Below, piece after piece: positions 13,601-26,766 of a DNA stretch of 64,000 nucleotides (position 1 is its first letter; every line of letters starts with the position of its first letter). The position numbers and the translations under genes are program-made. The DNA comes from Lama guanicoe (taxonomy: Eukaryota), in NCBI GenBank assembly GCA_013239625.1, contig MU054220.1, forward strand, positions 2,417,374 through 2,481,373. Direction: 5' to 3'. The notes under the pieces were generated by a model that saw only the letters and a program-made list of their open reading frames with translations, made no database searches and was not told the origin of the DNA.

Positions 13601-16600
13601 AAAAATAAAAAAACAGGCTCATTGTAGATAATTCAGGTAATATCAAAATATGTACTATAAAATATTTAAGTCTCTCCTTGTCACTCCTATCCCCAGTCCT
13701 ATTCACCAAAGATTTATTGGTTTGGAATGTATCTTTCCAAATTTTTATGCCTAATCAAGCATATATGTATATTTATACACCTGTGTAGTTTTCTTTCTTT
13801 TTGGTTTTTGATAGAGAAGGGATCATACAGAACAATATTTCAAGGTCATCTTTCTGTGTTGGTCCATAGAGGTCTACTTTATTCTTTTTAATGGCTGCAT
13901 GGTGTTTCATAGGGTAATTGACCATAGTTTGTTATACTGTTTTCTTCTTGATGTGTTTATTTATAATTAAAGACAAGCTCCTTTTGCAAACTACAGTTGT
14001 TTAGTCCCATTCCTGGATGTATATACTGGACTGAAAATAATCCTAACGTATGATTTGGTTCTTCATGATTCAACCTGTCCCTATAATAGATATAGACAGT
14101 AAGGACTGTTTTGGACATATCTTCTCACTTGTAGATAAGGCTGACAGTGACATTCTTTGCAGCTCCTGTCAGTGCTCCTCACCCTTTGTATTTCATGTTT
14201 CCTGGATGAATGGCAATATTCTAAGTCCTGCAACTGTATAGTATTTAAAATTCAAGTGAAAGGTTGACTTCTTCTCTCAAGGAGTTCACTATATTAAAGA
14301 AGAAGGAAAGAAACCAGGTGGTACCAGCTGAAAATCAATGGCTAAGTGTACACAGAGATAGAAACACCTGAACTCAGAGCAGATTTTATACTTATAGCCA
14401 GGTAACCAAAAAGATGACAAATGTGAACATGTTATGAAAATAGCTAATATCGTGTGGGAAGGGATTTCTCTCTGATTCTGAAAAGCTTCCGGCAGGGGGT
14501 GAGATTTTATTTAGGCTTAAAGGCTGGAAAGGCTAATCTGGAGTGTTGTCTAGCTGCCAGGTACATCCTTCTAGCAGACTCTCAATATGGGGCTCGTTAA
14601 TAATGCTTTTCCTCTTTGTGTCTGATACTAACATCTGAGCTGTGGATTTTAATTAGAAACTATTTCAAATTAGTTATCTTTATGTGACAAGTGTTGTTCT
14701 CCCAAGCTCCCAGAGCACATGCCTGGCTCAGGGGACTACTCACGTTTCTGAGCAGTTTACTGTTTGAAACAGATCCATTCACCAAGTTTTCTCCCACTTA
14801 TTTTTGCTCCAGACTTTCCACCAGTTGGTGCCTGCACGTTAGAACAAAGGTCTGGAATCTTTTTTTACACCTCAGGATCTGGAAGAAACCAGCCTGGCTG
14901 GGCCAGTAGGGCAGAATGTCTTTAAGAATCTAGATATTAAGATTTTTGTCAGGCCCACTTTAAGCAGAATCGGGATGTGGTTTTTACAAAATTCTCAACC
15001 ATCTTATAAGCAATTGCCACCACGTGTGTTAGGAACCTTTTGACCTTCAGCTGGGTGTTTTATCTCATTGTCACAAGTTCTAAAAGACACAATATTTCCT
15101 TTGGACCTACTTGCAGGAAACCCGTAAGATCGTGGACCTTATAGATATTTCCTTCATTCCAAAGTGAATGTGAAGTTGGCAGTCAAGACTGAGTATTGCA
15201 TTCTGTAGTCCACTTTGTGATCTGACTTCACCTTTGACCTCCAAGCCCAAGGAGCTTCTTTGTTGGCCCTCAGAACTTACTCAGCCTTTCTGTCCCTGGA
15301 TAAATAGTAATGTGGCAGTGATTGCAGTGAAGTGATACCATGCTGTCCTTGGAGCCAGGGTCTCCTCTAAACTGAGTGAACCAGGCTTGAGTTAGAGAGT
15401 GTCGTGGGCTTAAGGGGCTCTGCGCCTTCCCCTCTGGGAGTGGCCTGGCCTCTTTCTTACGTGGTGGCCCCAGTTGACTTAGCCCGGTAAACGCTGTACC
15501 CTGAAATGTACATCTGTGATTTGACAGGAGCTTTTCACCCTTTACAAACTGGGCCCCCTCATGAGAATGTAGGCTCATAGAGCAATAATTCACGTGTAGG
15601 TGGCCTGTAAGGAAAGTTTTAACAAAAGAGTTGGTTAAGAAGCTGATTTATTTTCTTGCTTTAACTCTCTTGTCATGTGCTGAGTGGGGGCGGAAGAGGA
15701 GGGGAGGGTGGGGAATGGTGCTGCTTGAAAGCATTTATCTTCATTTCTCCCATCTCCCAGTGTTTATTACCCTGTGATCGACAGATGAGGAAATCTGCCA
15801 GTCAAACCCACGTTCAGCACATTTCCATTTTCCTTCATTGCAGATTTTAGGCTTTTAAAATCTACATCCTTTTTGCAGCAATAAAGGTCGTTTCCCTCCT
15901 GCTGCTCACAAGCCCAAGACCCTCTGGTCCAGTTCCACTCACTTGTGCTTCCACCAAATAATAAAAGCCACAGGAGCCTCGGCAATTTAAGACAAGTGAT
16001 TGGTGAGAGCTGTTCAGTGTTTGAGTCAGTCAGTCGCTGTCTTTATCTTTCTCTCTTCCTTCTTTCTTCCTCGGTCCTTTTCCCCGCCTACCCCCCTTCT
16101 CTGCCGATCCTTCTGCTGCTGAGGCACCCCTGTAAGCAGCCCCATTGTGGAACAGTGAGAGGATGACAGCTTTCCTGACTCCTTTCCTGGCTTCACTCGG
16201 GTACCTGCCTGAGCCAGTGTCCTTCCAGCTGCAGAGGTTGCTAGGACCTAAATATTAGAAGTGCCAGGTTGTGGGGGATGTGGAAGTGGAGGTAGAGTGA
16301 TTCTCAATACTCCTATCCACCTGCATGTCTTCTGTCAGAAGTGGAGGCTTTGAGGAAATCCCTACCTGGTGGGAGTAAACGCAGGTTTTTGTTTTTGTTT
16401 TGGGGTTGTTGGGCTTTTTTCCCTCCATTTCTCCCAAACACTGTGGGGTTTGGAATGCTGTTCCTAATAATCTTTCAGCAGCATGTGTTCTTACGAGCTT
16501 ATTTGTTTTTGTCTTAAATAATGTTTGTGGGTGGAAGAAAGGTAATGATATTTCTTTGAAAATGGATGTTCTGCCTTCATAATTACTTGTCCCAATTACA

Positions 16601-17211
16601 TCATTAATGTAAGTGTAGATAATTGCTTCATTAGGACATATATATCGAAGAAAGGCAGGTCTACAGAATGGTGATGAAAATGGGCCTCAGAGTCTTCCAT
16701 CTACCCACGCAGGAGCGTCTTAGCTTGACTTCAGAGCGCTAGGAGGTACCAGTAACCCTGCCAACAGTCAAGATTAATCCTGGGTTTTAATGTGATGGGA
16801 GGAAGGAGTGAGGACCCATTGAAGAACAGCTTGCTCCTTTGCTTTAGGGTGGTAATGCATTGCTGAACCCTCCTGGCACTGGTACAGTCAAGGCAATGCA
16901 GCTGAATCACCGGCGATCCCTGAATTGGGAAACAAAATAGTCTTATGGCAGCCCCACCACCTCTGGACTTTCTGATGTTCTCTGGGTCTAATGGCATGAG
17001 TCCTTTGCTCTTTGACCTCTTTGAATGACTTTTTAAGGGAAAACGTTCATGCCAGGCCTAGAGGTTACATTTTCCCATCAGACCTAACAACCTCCTGTAG
17101 GTTTGAATATGACTCTGATTTCACACCATGTCTCTGAACGACTTGACTGTGTGTTCGTGCTGTCCACTTGTGCATTCCCTCTTTCAAGCCACATTAAAAA
17201 CTAAAACCAGT

Positions 17212-17477
17212 TCTGCATGCTTCCACTTATATAAGGTATCTAGAGTAGTCAAATTCACAGAAACAGGAGGTAGAATTGTGGTGACCAGGGACTGGGGGGA
17301 TGGAGGAAAAGGGGAGTTGTTGTTTAATGGGTATAGAATTTTAGATTTGTAAGATGAAAAAGTTCTGGTGATATGTTTCACAACAGTGTACTTATACTAA
17401 CACTACTGACTGTACACTTAAAATGGTTAAGATGTTAAATTTTATGTTACTTTTTTTAACCACAGTTTTTTAAAAAA
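17212..17477 (+). mobile_element. L1 3' UTR fragment (L1MA/MB-like)
   Basis: ttccacttatataaggtatctagagtagtcaaattcacagaaacag...tgtacacttaaaatggttaagatg...aaaaaa. Confidence 0.82.
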
Positions 17478-18334
17478 GCTGATACCAGATTCTTTGTACT
17501 ATTTACTCTGGATAGAAAGGCTCTATCTATCTACTGCTCTGGCCCTGATGACCATCAGGTTAATTTCTCTTCCTCCTTCTGGCCTATTATAAAGCTTACC
17601 CTGCTGTGGTCATAGAATCCTGGTTTGAGTTGTTATGTTGGTTTAGGGGTCCAATTCCTGCTGAGAGCACATACAGTCATTGACATCTGTATCTACAAAA
17701 TATCCCAGGAAGAGGGACATTTAATCTTTATTTTTAACATGGACATTCTTAACTTTTAGTCATGTGCTCTTTTCTTTAATAATTAAAACAAATGTATAAT
17801 GTATGTTTGATAGGCCACAGGCTATTTTAGTTAGCATAAAATTCAGGTTAACTCACGTATTAGCTAGAATGACTTCCGTATATCCCTGTATGTGAAATTT
17901 TCTTTTATCATCACCCACGTGGTATTTTGGGGGATTTTGTTTTGTTTTTTTATTGAGGTAACATTGGGTTTATAACATTATATAAGTTTTATGTGTAGGA
18001 TATAAAAAAACAAATGAAACAAAAGTAAGTGAACAAACCAAACAAAAATAAACAAAGAACAGAGTAGTGTGGTTTTATTTTTGTGTTTTTATAGAAAACA
18101 GTGTCCCTGAATACTCCTCTTGTCTTTTATTTTAGCCTCAGGAAAAAATGAAGACTCGGTTTCACCTATAGGTGATATTCTTAGAATTGATCTTTGAAAG
18201 TCTACTGTTTCCCTCCAAAGGAAATAATTCTGTTTCCCTCAACACTTTTATGATTGCTAGGTTCCACGCAGTGTGTTTTCTGTAGATAAAAACTATTATC
18301 TTACGCTCATGTGAACCTGTGGTTCAGTTATAAA

Positions 18335-18780
18335 AACATACAGTGGAACATTATTCAGCCATAAAAATGAAGGAAGTTCCGACACATGCTAGAGCATGTA
18401 TGAACTTTGAAAGCATTATGCTAAATGAAAGAAACCCACCACAAATAGCCACTTATTGTGTAATTCCATTTATATGAAATGTTCAGAAGAGACAGAATTA
18501 TAGAGACAGAAAATAGATTAGTGATTGTTTAGGGCAAGGGAGATACTCGAGTAGGGCAGAATGGAGGGGAGTAGCTGCTAATGGGTAACGTATTTTGGGA
18601 GGTAGGGAATGATTTTTTTAAAAAATGTCCTGAAATTAGATAGTAGAGATGGTTGTTGTAAAATTGATTTTGATAATGGTTGCACAACTGTATGAATATA
18701 CTAAAACTCCTTGAATAGTAATACCATAAGTAGATGAATTGTATAGTATGTGAATTACATCCCAATAAAGTGTTATTTTT
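18335..18780 (+). mobile_element. L1 3' UTR fragment (L1MB-like); its poly(A)-signal end is interrupted by the SINE
   Basis: ttattcagccataaaaa...gacacatgcta...catgtatgaactttgaaagcattatgctaaatgaaagaa...gtgaattacatcccaataaag. Confidence 0.82.
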
Positions 18781-18938
18781 TTATAAAGATTTTTATACTC
18801 TTGCTGATTTTTAAAAATATTTGGGGGGACGTAATTAGGTTTATTTATGTATTTATTTTAATGAGGGTACTGGGGATTGAACCCTGGACCTCATGCATGC
18901 TAGTCATGCATTCTACCACTGAGCTATACCCTCCCCCC
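18781..18938 (-). mobile_element. tRNA-derived SINE, camelid Vic-1-like, with target-site duplication
   Basis: Reverse complement reads GGGGAGGGTATAGCTCAGTGGTAGAATGCATGACTAGCATGCATGAGGTCCAGGGTTCAATCCCCAGTACC...AATAAACCTAATTACGTCCCCCC, with Pol III A and B boxes. TSD aaag(c)tgttattttt at 18767-18780 and 18939-18953. Confidence 0.88.
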
Positions 18939-19587
18939 AAAGCTGTTATTTTTAAATAAACAAACTACATATAGTTGGGTCATTTTCTTCAATATCAGAA
19001 CTATAAATGAGAACTAAAAGAAACTACCCCTGGAGGAAGTCCTGCTCTCTGCCACCAGGGACTCTTTCCAGGTTCCCAGGTTATAGAATAATTGACTGTG
19101 ATCTTAGATGAGATTTTTTTTTTTTAATGGTGAAAAGGTGACAAAGTGAGTGTTACGAAGTGCTTAGTTATACCCCCTTCATAGAACAGATTTAAAGACT
19201 GCATTTAAATAAAGTTTTTTGAAAAGAAGAATAAGTGTTCTTCCTAGGATGCCATTCAGTATATACTTAGGAAAAAGGCTTTTTATGTCCCAATAAGCCT
19301 GTGTTATATTGCTCTAAAAATTATTTTTGTTGGACAGAAACCAGCTTACTAATTTACAAAGAGCTCAGACAACCTATTGAAAAAAAAATTAAGAGAACAA
19401 AACATAGAAATGCACATAATATCTGGTTAGGCAGTGCACACTAAAAGAAATACAATGAGCCAATAAACAAATATGGAACAAAAAGATGCTCACCAACACT
19501 TTTCAATGATTAAAGAAATGCAAAGGATACCAAAAATAGAATTGCCTTAACTTACTTCATAAATTGACCAAAATTTATACTGAATAG

Positions 19588-19910
19588 TGTTTTTTAATAA
19601 TAGCCTTATTGAGATATAATTCACATGCCATATATTTCATCTAGTTAAAGTATACAATTCAGTGGTTTTTAGTATATTCACAGAGTTGTGCAACCATTGC
19701 CACTATCTATATATTTCAGAACATTTTAATCACCTTGTGAAAAACCCCATACCTATTAACAGTCACTTCCCTCTTCCCCCTTCATTTCCCCTGCCCCACT
19801 ACAGCCCTAGGCAATTTCTAATCTACTTTTTGGTTCTGTTGCTTTGCCTCTTCTAGACATTTCATGTAAATGGAATTATACAATATGTGGTCTTTTGTGG
19901 CTGGCTTTCT
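19588..19910 (-). mobile_element. L1 3' end fragment (L1MB-like)
   Basis: ttattgagatataattcacatgccata...tatacaattcagtggtttttagtatattcacagagttgtgcaacc...aaatggaattatacaatatgtggtctttt. Confidence 0.85.
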
Positions 19911-20789
19911 AAGAATTTTGAAAAGTTGATTAGTTGTTCAGTTGGACCTGCCTTGGGGTTTCTAGTCTCAGTTCTACTGTCCAATTAGCAAACTGGTTCT
20001 TGGCTTCATACCACAACCAAGCAGAGAGTAATTGTGTTTCCAGGCTGATGAGTGTTTGCGCCCCCAGCCCCATTCTTACTCTGTCTTCTCAGCAGCAACA
20101 CGCAGAGATGGCCATTCTGAATTAGGCAGCCTCAAGTGGAACAATTTATAGGACTGAGATATGATTTAATTGTTTCCTTCTTTGTAACTTGCCCTTCTTT
20201 ACCCTCCCAAATTAGCTTTTTCTGATAGATTTGCTAATGATTCCTATTGTTCCATATTTTCACTGTACTGTTGAATCATACTCTTCATTTCCCTACTCCT
20301 AGAACAGATCTTGGAGAGAAGCTAAAAAACTGCTTTGGGGAAAAAAAGGTCCCTAATTCTCCTTTCCAAGCAGCAAAAGAGAAGAATCTAAGGGAAGCAG
20401 AGGCAGAGTGATGCATTCAGGCTACTAGGCTTGGTAGAGCTAATCTACCACGTGACTATCATAACTGTTAAGATTTTATCCCTAGACACATCCCTGAGGC
20501 TTCCAGCCTACAAGTTGAAGACTTGACTCAGAGAATGAGACTTGGCAGCTTGGTTTTTGCGGTGGTTGTTTTCTGGTGGTTGGCTGGGATCACTGGATTT
20601 AGCTTTCTTTTCCCCCTCGTTTTGTCTCTCGTCAGAATAATCCTCATTTACTCTTTAGTCTGAGCTCCAGGGGAAGAATTCTGTGGTTGCGTGATAAAAA
20701 GTGAACTGCTATGACTAAAGTATGCTTATGGACAGCTGCTGTTTCCTCCATTTCCTAGAACATGAATGTGAGTCTTGGGTGCTCTTTCT

Positions 20790-23700
20790 TTTTAATTAAT
20801 AGACTTTTTTTGGAGCAGTCTTAGGTTTACAGAAAAATTGAGTGGAAAAGACAGAGGGTTCTCATATACCTTCCTTCCTTCCGATACACCCATAGCCTTG
20901 CTCACCATCAACATCCTGCCCCAGAGTGGTACATTTGCTATAATCCACGAACCAACATTGAGACATCATTATAACCCAAGTCCATCATTTACATTAGGGT
21001 TCACCTCTAGTGTTATAAATTCTGTGGGTTTTGGCAAATCCTTGATGACATGATCTACCATTATAGTATCAGACAAAATAGTTTCACTGTCCCCAAAAAT
21101 CTTGTGCTCCACCTATACATTCCTCTCTGCCCTGCCTCCCCACCCCCCACCCCCAACTCCTGGCAACCACTGATCTTTACTGTGTCCATAATTTTGGCTT
21201 TTCCAAAATGACATATAGTTAAAATCATATGATATGTAGCTTTTTGCTTCTTTCACTTAGTGATATGCACTTAAATTTCTCCCATGTTTTTTCATGGCTT
21301 AATAGCTTATTTCTTTTTAGAACTGAATAATATTCCATTATATGGATATACCATAGTTTATTTATCCTTTCATCTGTTAAAGGACATCTTGGTTGCTTCC
21401 AAGTTTTGGCAGTTGCTAATAAAGCTGCTATAAACATCTCTGTGTAGGTTTTGTGTGGACATACGCTTTCAACTCATTTGGGTAAATAACAAGGAGCATG
21501 ATTGCTGGATCATATGGTAACAGTATGTTTAGTTTTGCAAGAAACTGCCAAACTATCTTCCAAAGTGGCTGTACCATTTTGCATTCCCACCAGTAATGGA
21601 ATGAGAGTTCCTGTTGTTTCACATCCTGTTCAGCATTTGGTGTTATCAGTGTTTTGGATTTCAGCCATTCTGACAAGTGCATAGTGGTTTCTCATTGTTG
21701 CTTTAATTTGCGATTCCTTAATGAGGAATGATGTTGAGCATCTTTTCATATACTTATTTGCCATATGTATATCTTCTTTGGTGAGGTGTCTGTTCAGATC
21801 CTTTACCCATTTTTAATTGTTTTTTGTTGTTATTGTTGGGTTTTAAGAGTTCTTTGTATATTTTGGATACCAGTCCTTTATCAGTTAAGTGTTTTGCAAA
21901 GACTTTCTCCCAGTGTATTGTCTTTTCATTCTCTTTAACAGTGTCTTTTCTGTGCAGAAGAGCAGAGTTTTTCATTTTAATTTAGTAAAATTTGTCAATT
22001 TATTCTTCCATGGATTGTACTTTTGGTGTTATATGTTGAAAGTCTTTGCGAAGCCCGAGGTCACCTAGATTTTCTCCTATATTATAACTTAGGAGTTATA
22101 GTGTGTTTTATGTCTAGGTCTACCCGATTGGAGTTGTTTTTTTTTTAAGTGTAAGGTTTCTGTATAGGTTTATTTATTTTTTTTGCAAATGGATGCCCGG
22201 TTGTTTCAGTACCATTTTTGAAGAGACTATCCTTTCTCTGTTGAATTGCCTTTGTCAAAGATCAGTTTACTATATTCATGTGAGCTTATTTCTGGGCTCT
22301 TTTTTCTGTTCCATTGATCCATTTGTCTGTTCTTCCTCCAGTGCCACACTGTCTTGATTACTATAGCTTTATAGTAAGTCTTGAAGTCAGATAGTGTCCT
22401 CCAGATTTGTTCTTTCTTTGCATATTGTGTTGGCTATTCTGGATCTTTTACCTTTCTAGGTAAGCTTTAGAATCAGTTTTTTGATACTCACAAAGTACTG
22501 TTCTGAGATTTTAACTGGGATTGCTTTGAATCTATAGATCCAGTTGGGAAGAATTGACATCAACTAACAGTACTGGGTGTTCCCATCTATGATGTGGAAT
22601 ATCTCTCCAATATTTTTTCAAATTTGTTGTATTTCTTTCATCAGGTAGATCTTATACTGATTTTGTTAGATTTATACCTAAGGTTTTCTCTTTTTGTGGT
22701 GCTAGTGTAAGTGGTATTATATTTTTAATTTCAAATTCCAATTCCATTTATTCATTGCTGGTATATAAGAAATCAGTTGACTTTTTGTATATTGGCCTTA
22801 TATCCTGCAACCTTGATATAATCACTTAATAGTTCCAGGAGGTGGTTTTTTTTTTTAATTCTTTGAGATTTTCTACATAAACAGTCATGTCACTTGTGAA
22901 CAAAGACAGTTTTATTTCTTCCTCTCCAATCTGTATATTTCTTATTTACCTTTCTTGTCTTATTGCATTAGCTAGGCTTCCAGTAGAGTGTTGAAGAGTT
23001 GTGAGAGTAGACATCCTTGCTTGTTCCTAGTCTTAGGGGGAAAGCATATATGGTTGACCCTTGAACAATGTGGGAGATAGGGATTCTAACCCCTATGCAG
23101 TTGAAAATCCATGTATAACTTTACAGTCAGCCTCTGTATCTGCTGTTCCACATCCTTGTTCAACCAACTGCAGACCTGTAGTACTGTAGTACATATTTAT
23201 TGAAAAATATCTGCATGTAAGTGGACCCATGCAGTTTGAACTCATATTGTTCAAGAGTCAGCTATCATTTCTCAGCATTAAATATAGCTATAGGTTTTTT
23301 GTAGACATTGTTTATCAAGTTGAGAAAATTCCCCACTCTTCCTAGTTTAATGATAGTTTTTATCATAGATAGGTGTTGGATTTTGTCAGATGCCTTTTCT
23401 GCATCTACTGAAATGATAAGATTTTCCTTCTTTATCCTGTTGATGTGATGGATTATATTAATTGATTTTGAAATGTTGAACCAGCCTTGCATACCTGGGA
23501 TGCATCTCTGTTGTAGTGTATAACTATTTTTGTACATATTTATATTTGGTTTGCTAACATTTTGTTGAGGATTTTTTACTTCTGTGTTCATAAAAGATAT
23601 TAGTCTGTAGTTTTCTTTTCTTCAATATCTTTGATTTTGGCATTGAGGTAGCGCAGTGCTATCTCATAGAACGAGTTAGGAAAACTTAAGTTTTCTGGAA

Positions 23701-24580
23701 GAGATTATAGGGATTTGGTATAATGTCTTCATTAGATGTTTGGTAGAATTTACCAATGAACCCACCTGGGCCAGGCATTTTCTGTTCTGAGAGGTTGTTA
23801 ATGATTGATTCAATGTAATAGGTATAGGTCTATTCAGATTATTGGTTTCTTCTTGTGTAAATTTTGGTAGACTGTGTCTTTCAAGGAATCAGTCCATTTC
23901 ATCTTGGTTATCAAACTTGTGGGCATTGAATTATTCATAATAGTTCTTTATCATCCTTTTAATATCCATGGGATCAGTAGTGATAGCTTCTCTTTTATTT
24001 CTGATATTGATACTTTGTGTCTTCTCTCTTTTTTTCTTAGTTAGCCTGCCTAAAGATTTTACTAATCTTATTGATCTTTTCAAAGGACCAGCTTTTGGTT
24101 TCATTGATTTTTTTTTTCTCTCTTGAGCTGCTGTTTTCAGTCTTACTGATTTCTGCTCTAATTTCGATTATTTCTTTTCTTCTGCTTACTTTGTATTTAA
24201 TTTGCTATTCATTTTTCTTGTTTCCTAAGATGGAAGTTTAAATTAATTGATTTTTTAGATCTTTCTTCTTTTCTAATACATACATTCAAAACAGTAACAA
24301 TCCCTCTAAGCACTGCTTTTGCTATATCCCACAAATTTTAATAAGTTGTATTTTCATTTAGTTCAAAATATTTTAAAATTTCTCTTGCAATGTCTTCTTT
24401 GAGCCATGTGTTATTTAAACTGTGTTGCTTAATCTCCAAGTATTCTGGGATTTTCCAGTTATCTTTCTGTTTCTGTTTTCTAGTTTAATTTCCTTGTGTT
24501 CTGACAGCATGCTTTGTATAATTTCAGTTCTTTTAAATTTGTTACAGTATGTTTCATGGCCCAGAATGTGGTCTCTTTTG
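20790..24580 (-). mobile_element. Degenerate 5'-truncated LINE-1 (old L1M-type): ORF2 relics plus 3' UTR
   Basis: Minus-strand ORF fragments match L1 ORF2: IPGMQGWFNISKSINIIHHINR..IISVDAEKASDKIQH (RT region), WECKMVQPLWK, MFIAALLATAKTWKQPRCP. Many stops and frameshifts. Boundaries approximate. Confidence 0.93.
23051..23264. mobile_element. MER8/Tigger2-like MITE nested in the L1
   Basis: Inverted termini tggttgacccttgaacaa ... ttgttcaagagtcagc, preceded by TA. The L1 sequence resumes on both sides. Confidence 0.82.
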
Positions 24581-24789
24581 TCCTGAGCTGTTTTTCAAGG
24601 AGAACATTACTAAAGAGTCTGGGGCTTATGAATTTGCTCTTAATTCTGAAACTAAGTGCTTTTCTTTCTTGATCCTGGCACATTATTTGAGCTTGTCTCT
24701 TAAAAAAGAACCTCTGTCTATGAGCTGTTGATTACAGAACAGTACCTATAGAGGAAAAGCATACAGAGACTGGAATAAATGATTTAAAT

Positions 24790-25030
24790 AGCTTTAATGG
24801 TGGTCATTTATTAGGCACTTACTGTTTGCCATCACTTTACATTTGTTTTTTCAGTACAAGTTTTCCAAACAGCCCTAAAAGATGTAGGTATTTTTATTAT
24901 ACCCTTTTTACAGATAAGGAAACTAAGATCAGAGAGATTAATTTACATAGAGTCGTACCTCTATAGGTACCAGCAGCAGGTGTCAAAATCAAGTCCATCT
25001 GATTCTGAAGTCCATAGTCTTAGAAACCAT
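24790..25030 (-). mobile_element. MIR SINE
   Basis: MIR core ttttacagataaggaaactaagatcagagag...gtccatctgattctgaagtcc. Confidence 0.7.
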
Positions 25031-25263
25031 GCAAAAAACAGACAAGTCATAAGATCCTAGTTCAAGCCAGATGCTAATCCATGGCAGAAATGGAAAACTG
25101 GAAGTTTGCTAAAAGAATATTTGTATAACGCTGTGCCTTTTATTAGTTTCTTTACAAAATCAGCGTCACTAACAGTTCAGGTGCCTTTAGTAGTGAGTAT
25201 TCCCTTAGTAGTGCTTTCTGAGCACCTGTCTTGGAGTTAATGTGTAGGCTATATTTATCTGGT

Positions 25264-25489
25264 TGGAGTTTCCCAACCAGGGATGATTTTGATCCGCAGG
25301 AAACATTTGGCAATGTCTGGATACATTTTTGCTTGTCACAACTGGATGAGGGGGTGATGTGCTACTGGCATCTAGTGGGAAGAGGCCAGGGATGCTGCTA
25401 AATTTCCTGCAGAGAACAAGACCCACCTCACCCCCTAAACAGAGGATTATCTGGCCCAAAATATCACTAGTGGAAGTTGAGAAACCCGG
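25264..25489 (+). mobile_element. MER20-like hAT-Charlie MITE
   Basis: Characteristic core catttggcaatgtctgga...tgctactggcatctagtgg...gaggccagggatgctgctaaa...gattatctggcccaaaat...gttgagaaacc. Confidence 0.85.
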
Positions 25490-26766
25490 AGTCTAGCCTG
25501 TTCCATTCTGTTATTACTGAGAATTACTTGAGGCCTCAGCAATCTCTCGGCATTCTGTCAGGATTTGGTTTCCGAGACTAAGTGCCTCCTATGTAAATAC
25601 TTCGTAGCTCAGTCTGTTAATTCATTCTGGCACATTTCCTATACCTTCAGCTTGGTGGCCAGAGGCTTGTTAAATGGTTGGGGTTTTTTTAAATAGGGTG
25701 ATACTTTTTCTTCCTGATGTTTCCGAGAGACAGGCTCAGTTGGCCTGCAGTTCTTACAGAAGAGAACCTAGTGACGACACTTTAATCTGTTGCTGGCATC
25801 TTTAACTCCTAATCTGTGTTTACACGGCACTGAAAATCAACTCTCCCTGATACCAAGACTCCATTCCTTATCAGCACTCTGGCACCACTGGCAGAAAACA
25901 CCTCCCCAGTCTCTTCCACACAGCACAGCCATACATGTTTATTTTATTGCACAGCTGTTCTCCAGAGGACGTTCCTTGAGGCATGGACGTACAGGATACT
26001 TCTGGATCTGTGGGTTGGAGTCTCAGTCATTTGTGTTCCAGTTGTAGATCCATAGCACTCTTAAAGCACCTGGTATTTTCCTTAACTGTTTCCCTGTTTG
26101 TAGCTTTCATCCTCTCTCCCAGATTTTAAGCTCCTGGGGTTTGTTTCTTCCATTTTTTCCTAACCTCTTTTAGCAACTAGAAGTTCTTTCCAAATACTAA
26201 GAAAATCAACTTGCCTTCTTCCATTTTGGGTTATATGCTTTTCTATTAAAAGTTGGAGGAAATTGTAAGGAACTAAAGTAATCTGAGAGAGACTAGTGGT
26301 TGGAAATGTCAACCATCTAGATAAGGAAGCCAGAGGAACAATTCACAAGCTCAATGGAATTGAGCCTGGGTCCAAGTGAAACTGAATTGTTCTTTCCCAG
26401 GAAGTAGACCTTGGAATTAAAAAAATTATTTTCATTATGAAGAAGGCCTGGAAAAATCAAGAAAGTTCCTATTAAGAAAGTCCTGTACCCTCCTCATGAC
26501 CCAGTGGTTCAACAGAATTTCCCAAGTCAAATGTAATTATTACAGAATTTTCTGTAAAGGTTAAGCAAAGGCATATATTTACCTTATTTGTGTGATATGC
26601 CACAGGGCCCTCAGTAGGGATTTGAGGTCAGTGGGCTTATTGACACAACCCTCAGATGCTGTCTTTCTTAGGCTTTCCGGGAGATCATGACCATTTGGCA
26701 CTGTGTCTTTGTATCTGCAAGATTTTAAAGAATGTTATTGTTTGGGTGGTATTAGTTTATCTAGAA

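Noticed and set aside
18865..18938. tRNA-like sequence with A/B boxes
   Set aside because: It has a SINE body, tail and TSD, so it is a retroposed SINE and not a tRNA gene.
23265..23591. Reverse-transcriptase-like ORF
   Set aside because: Fragment of a dead L1 ORF2 with frameshifts and a nested MITE; not a functional or domesticated gene.
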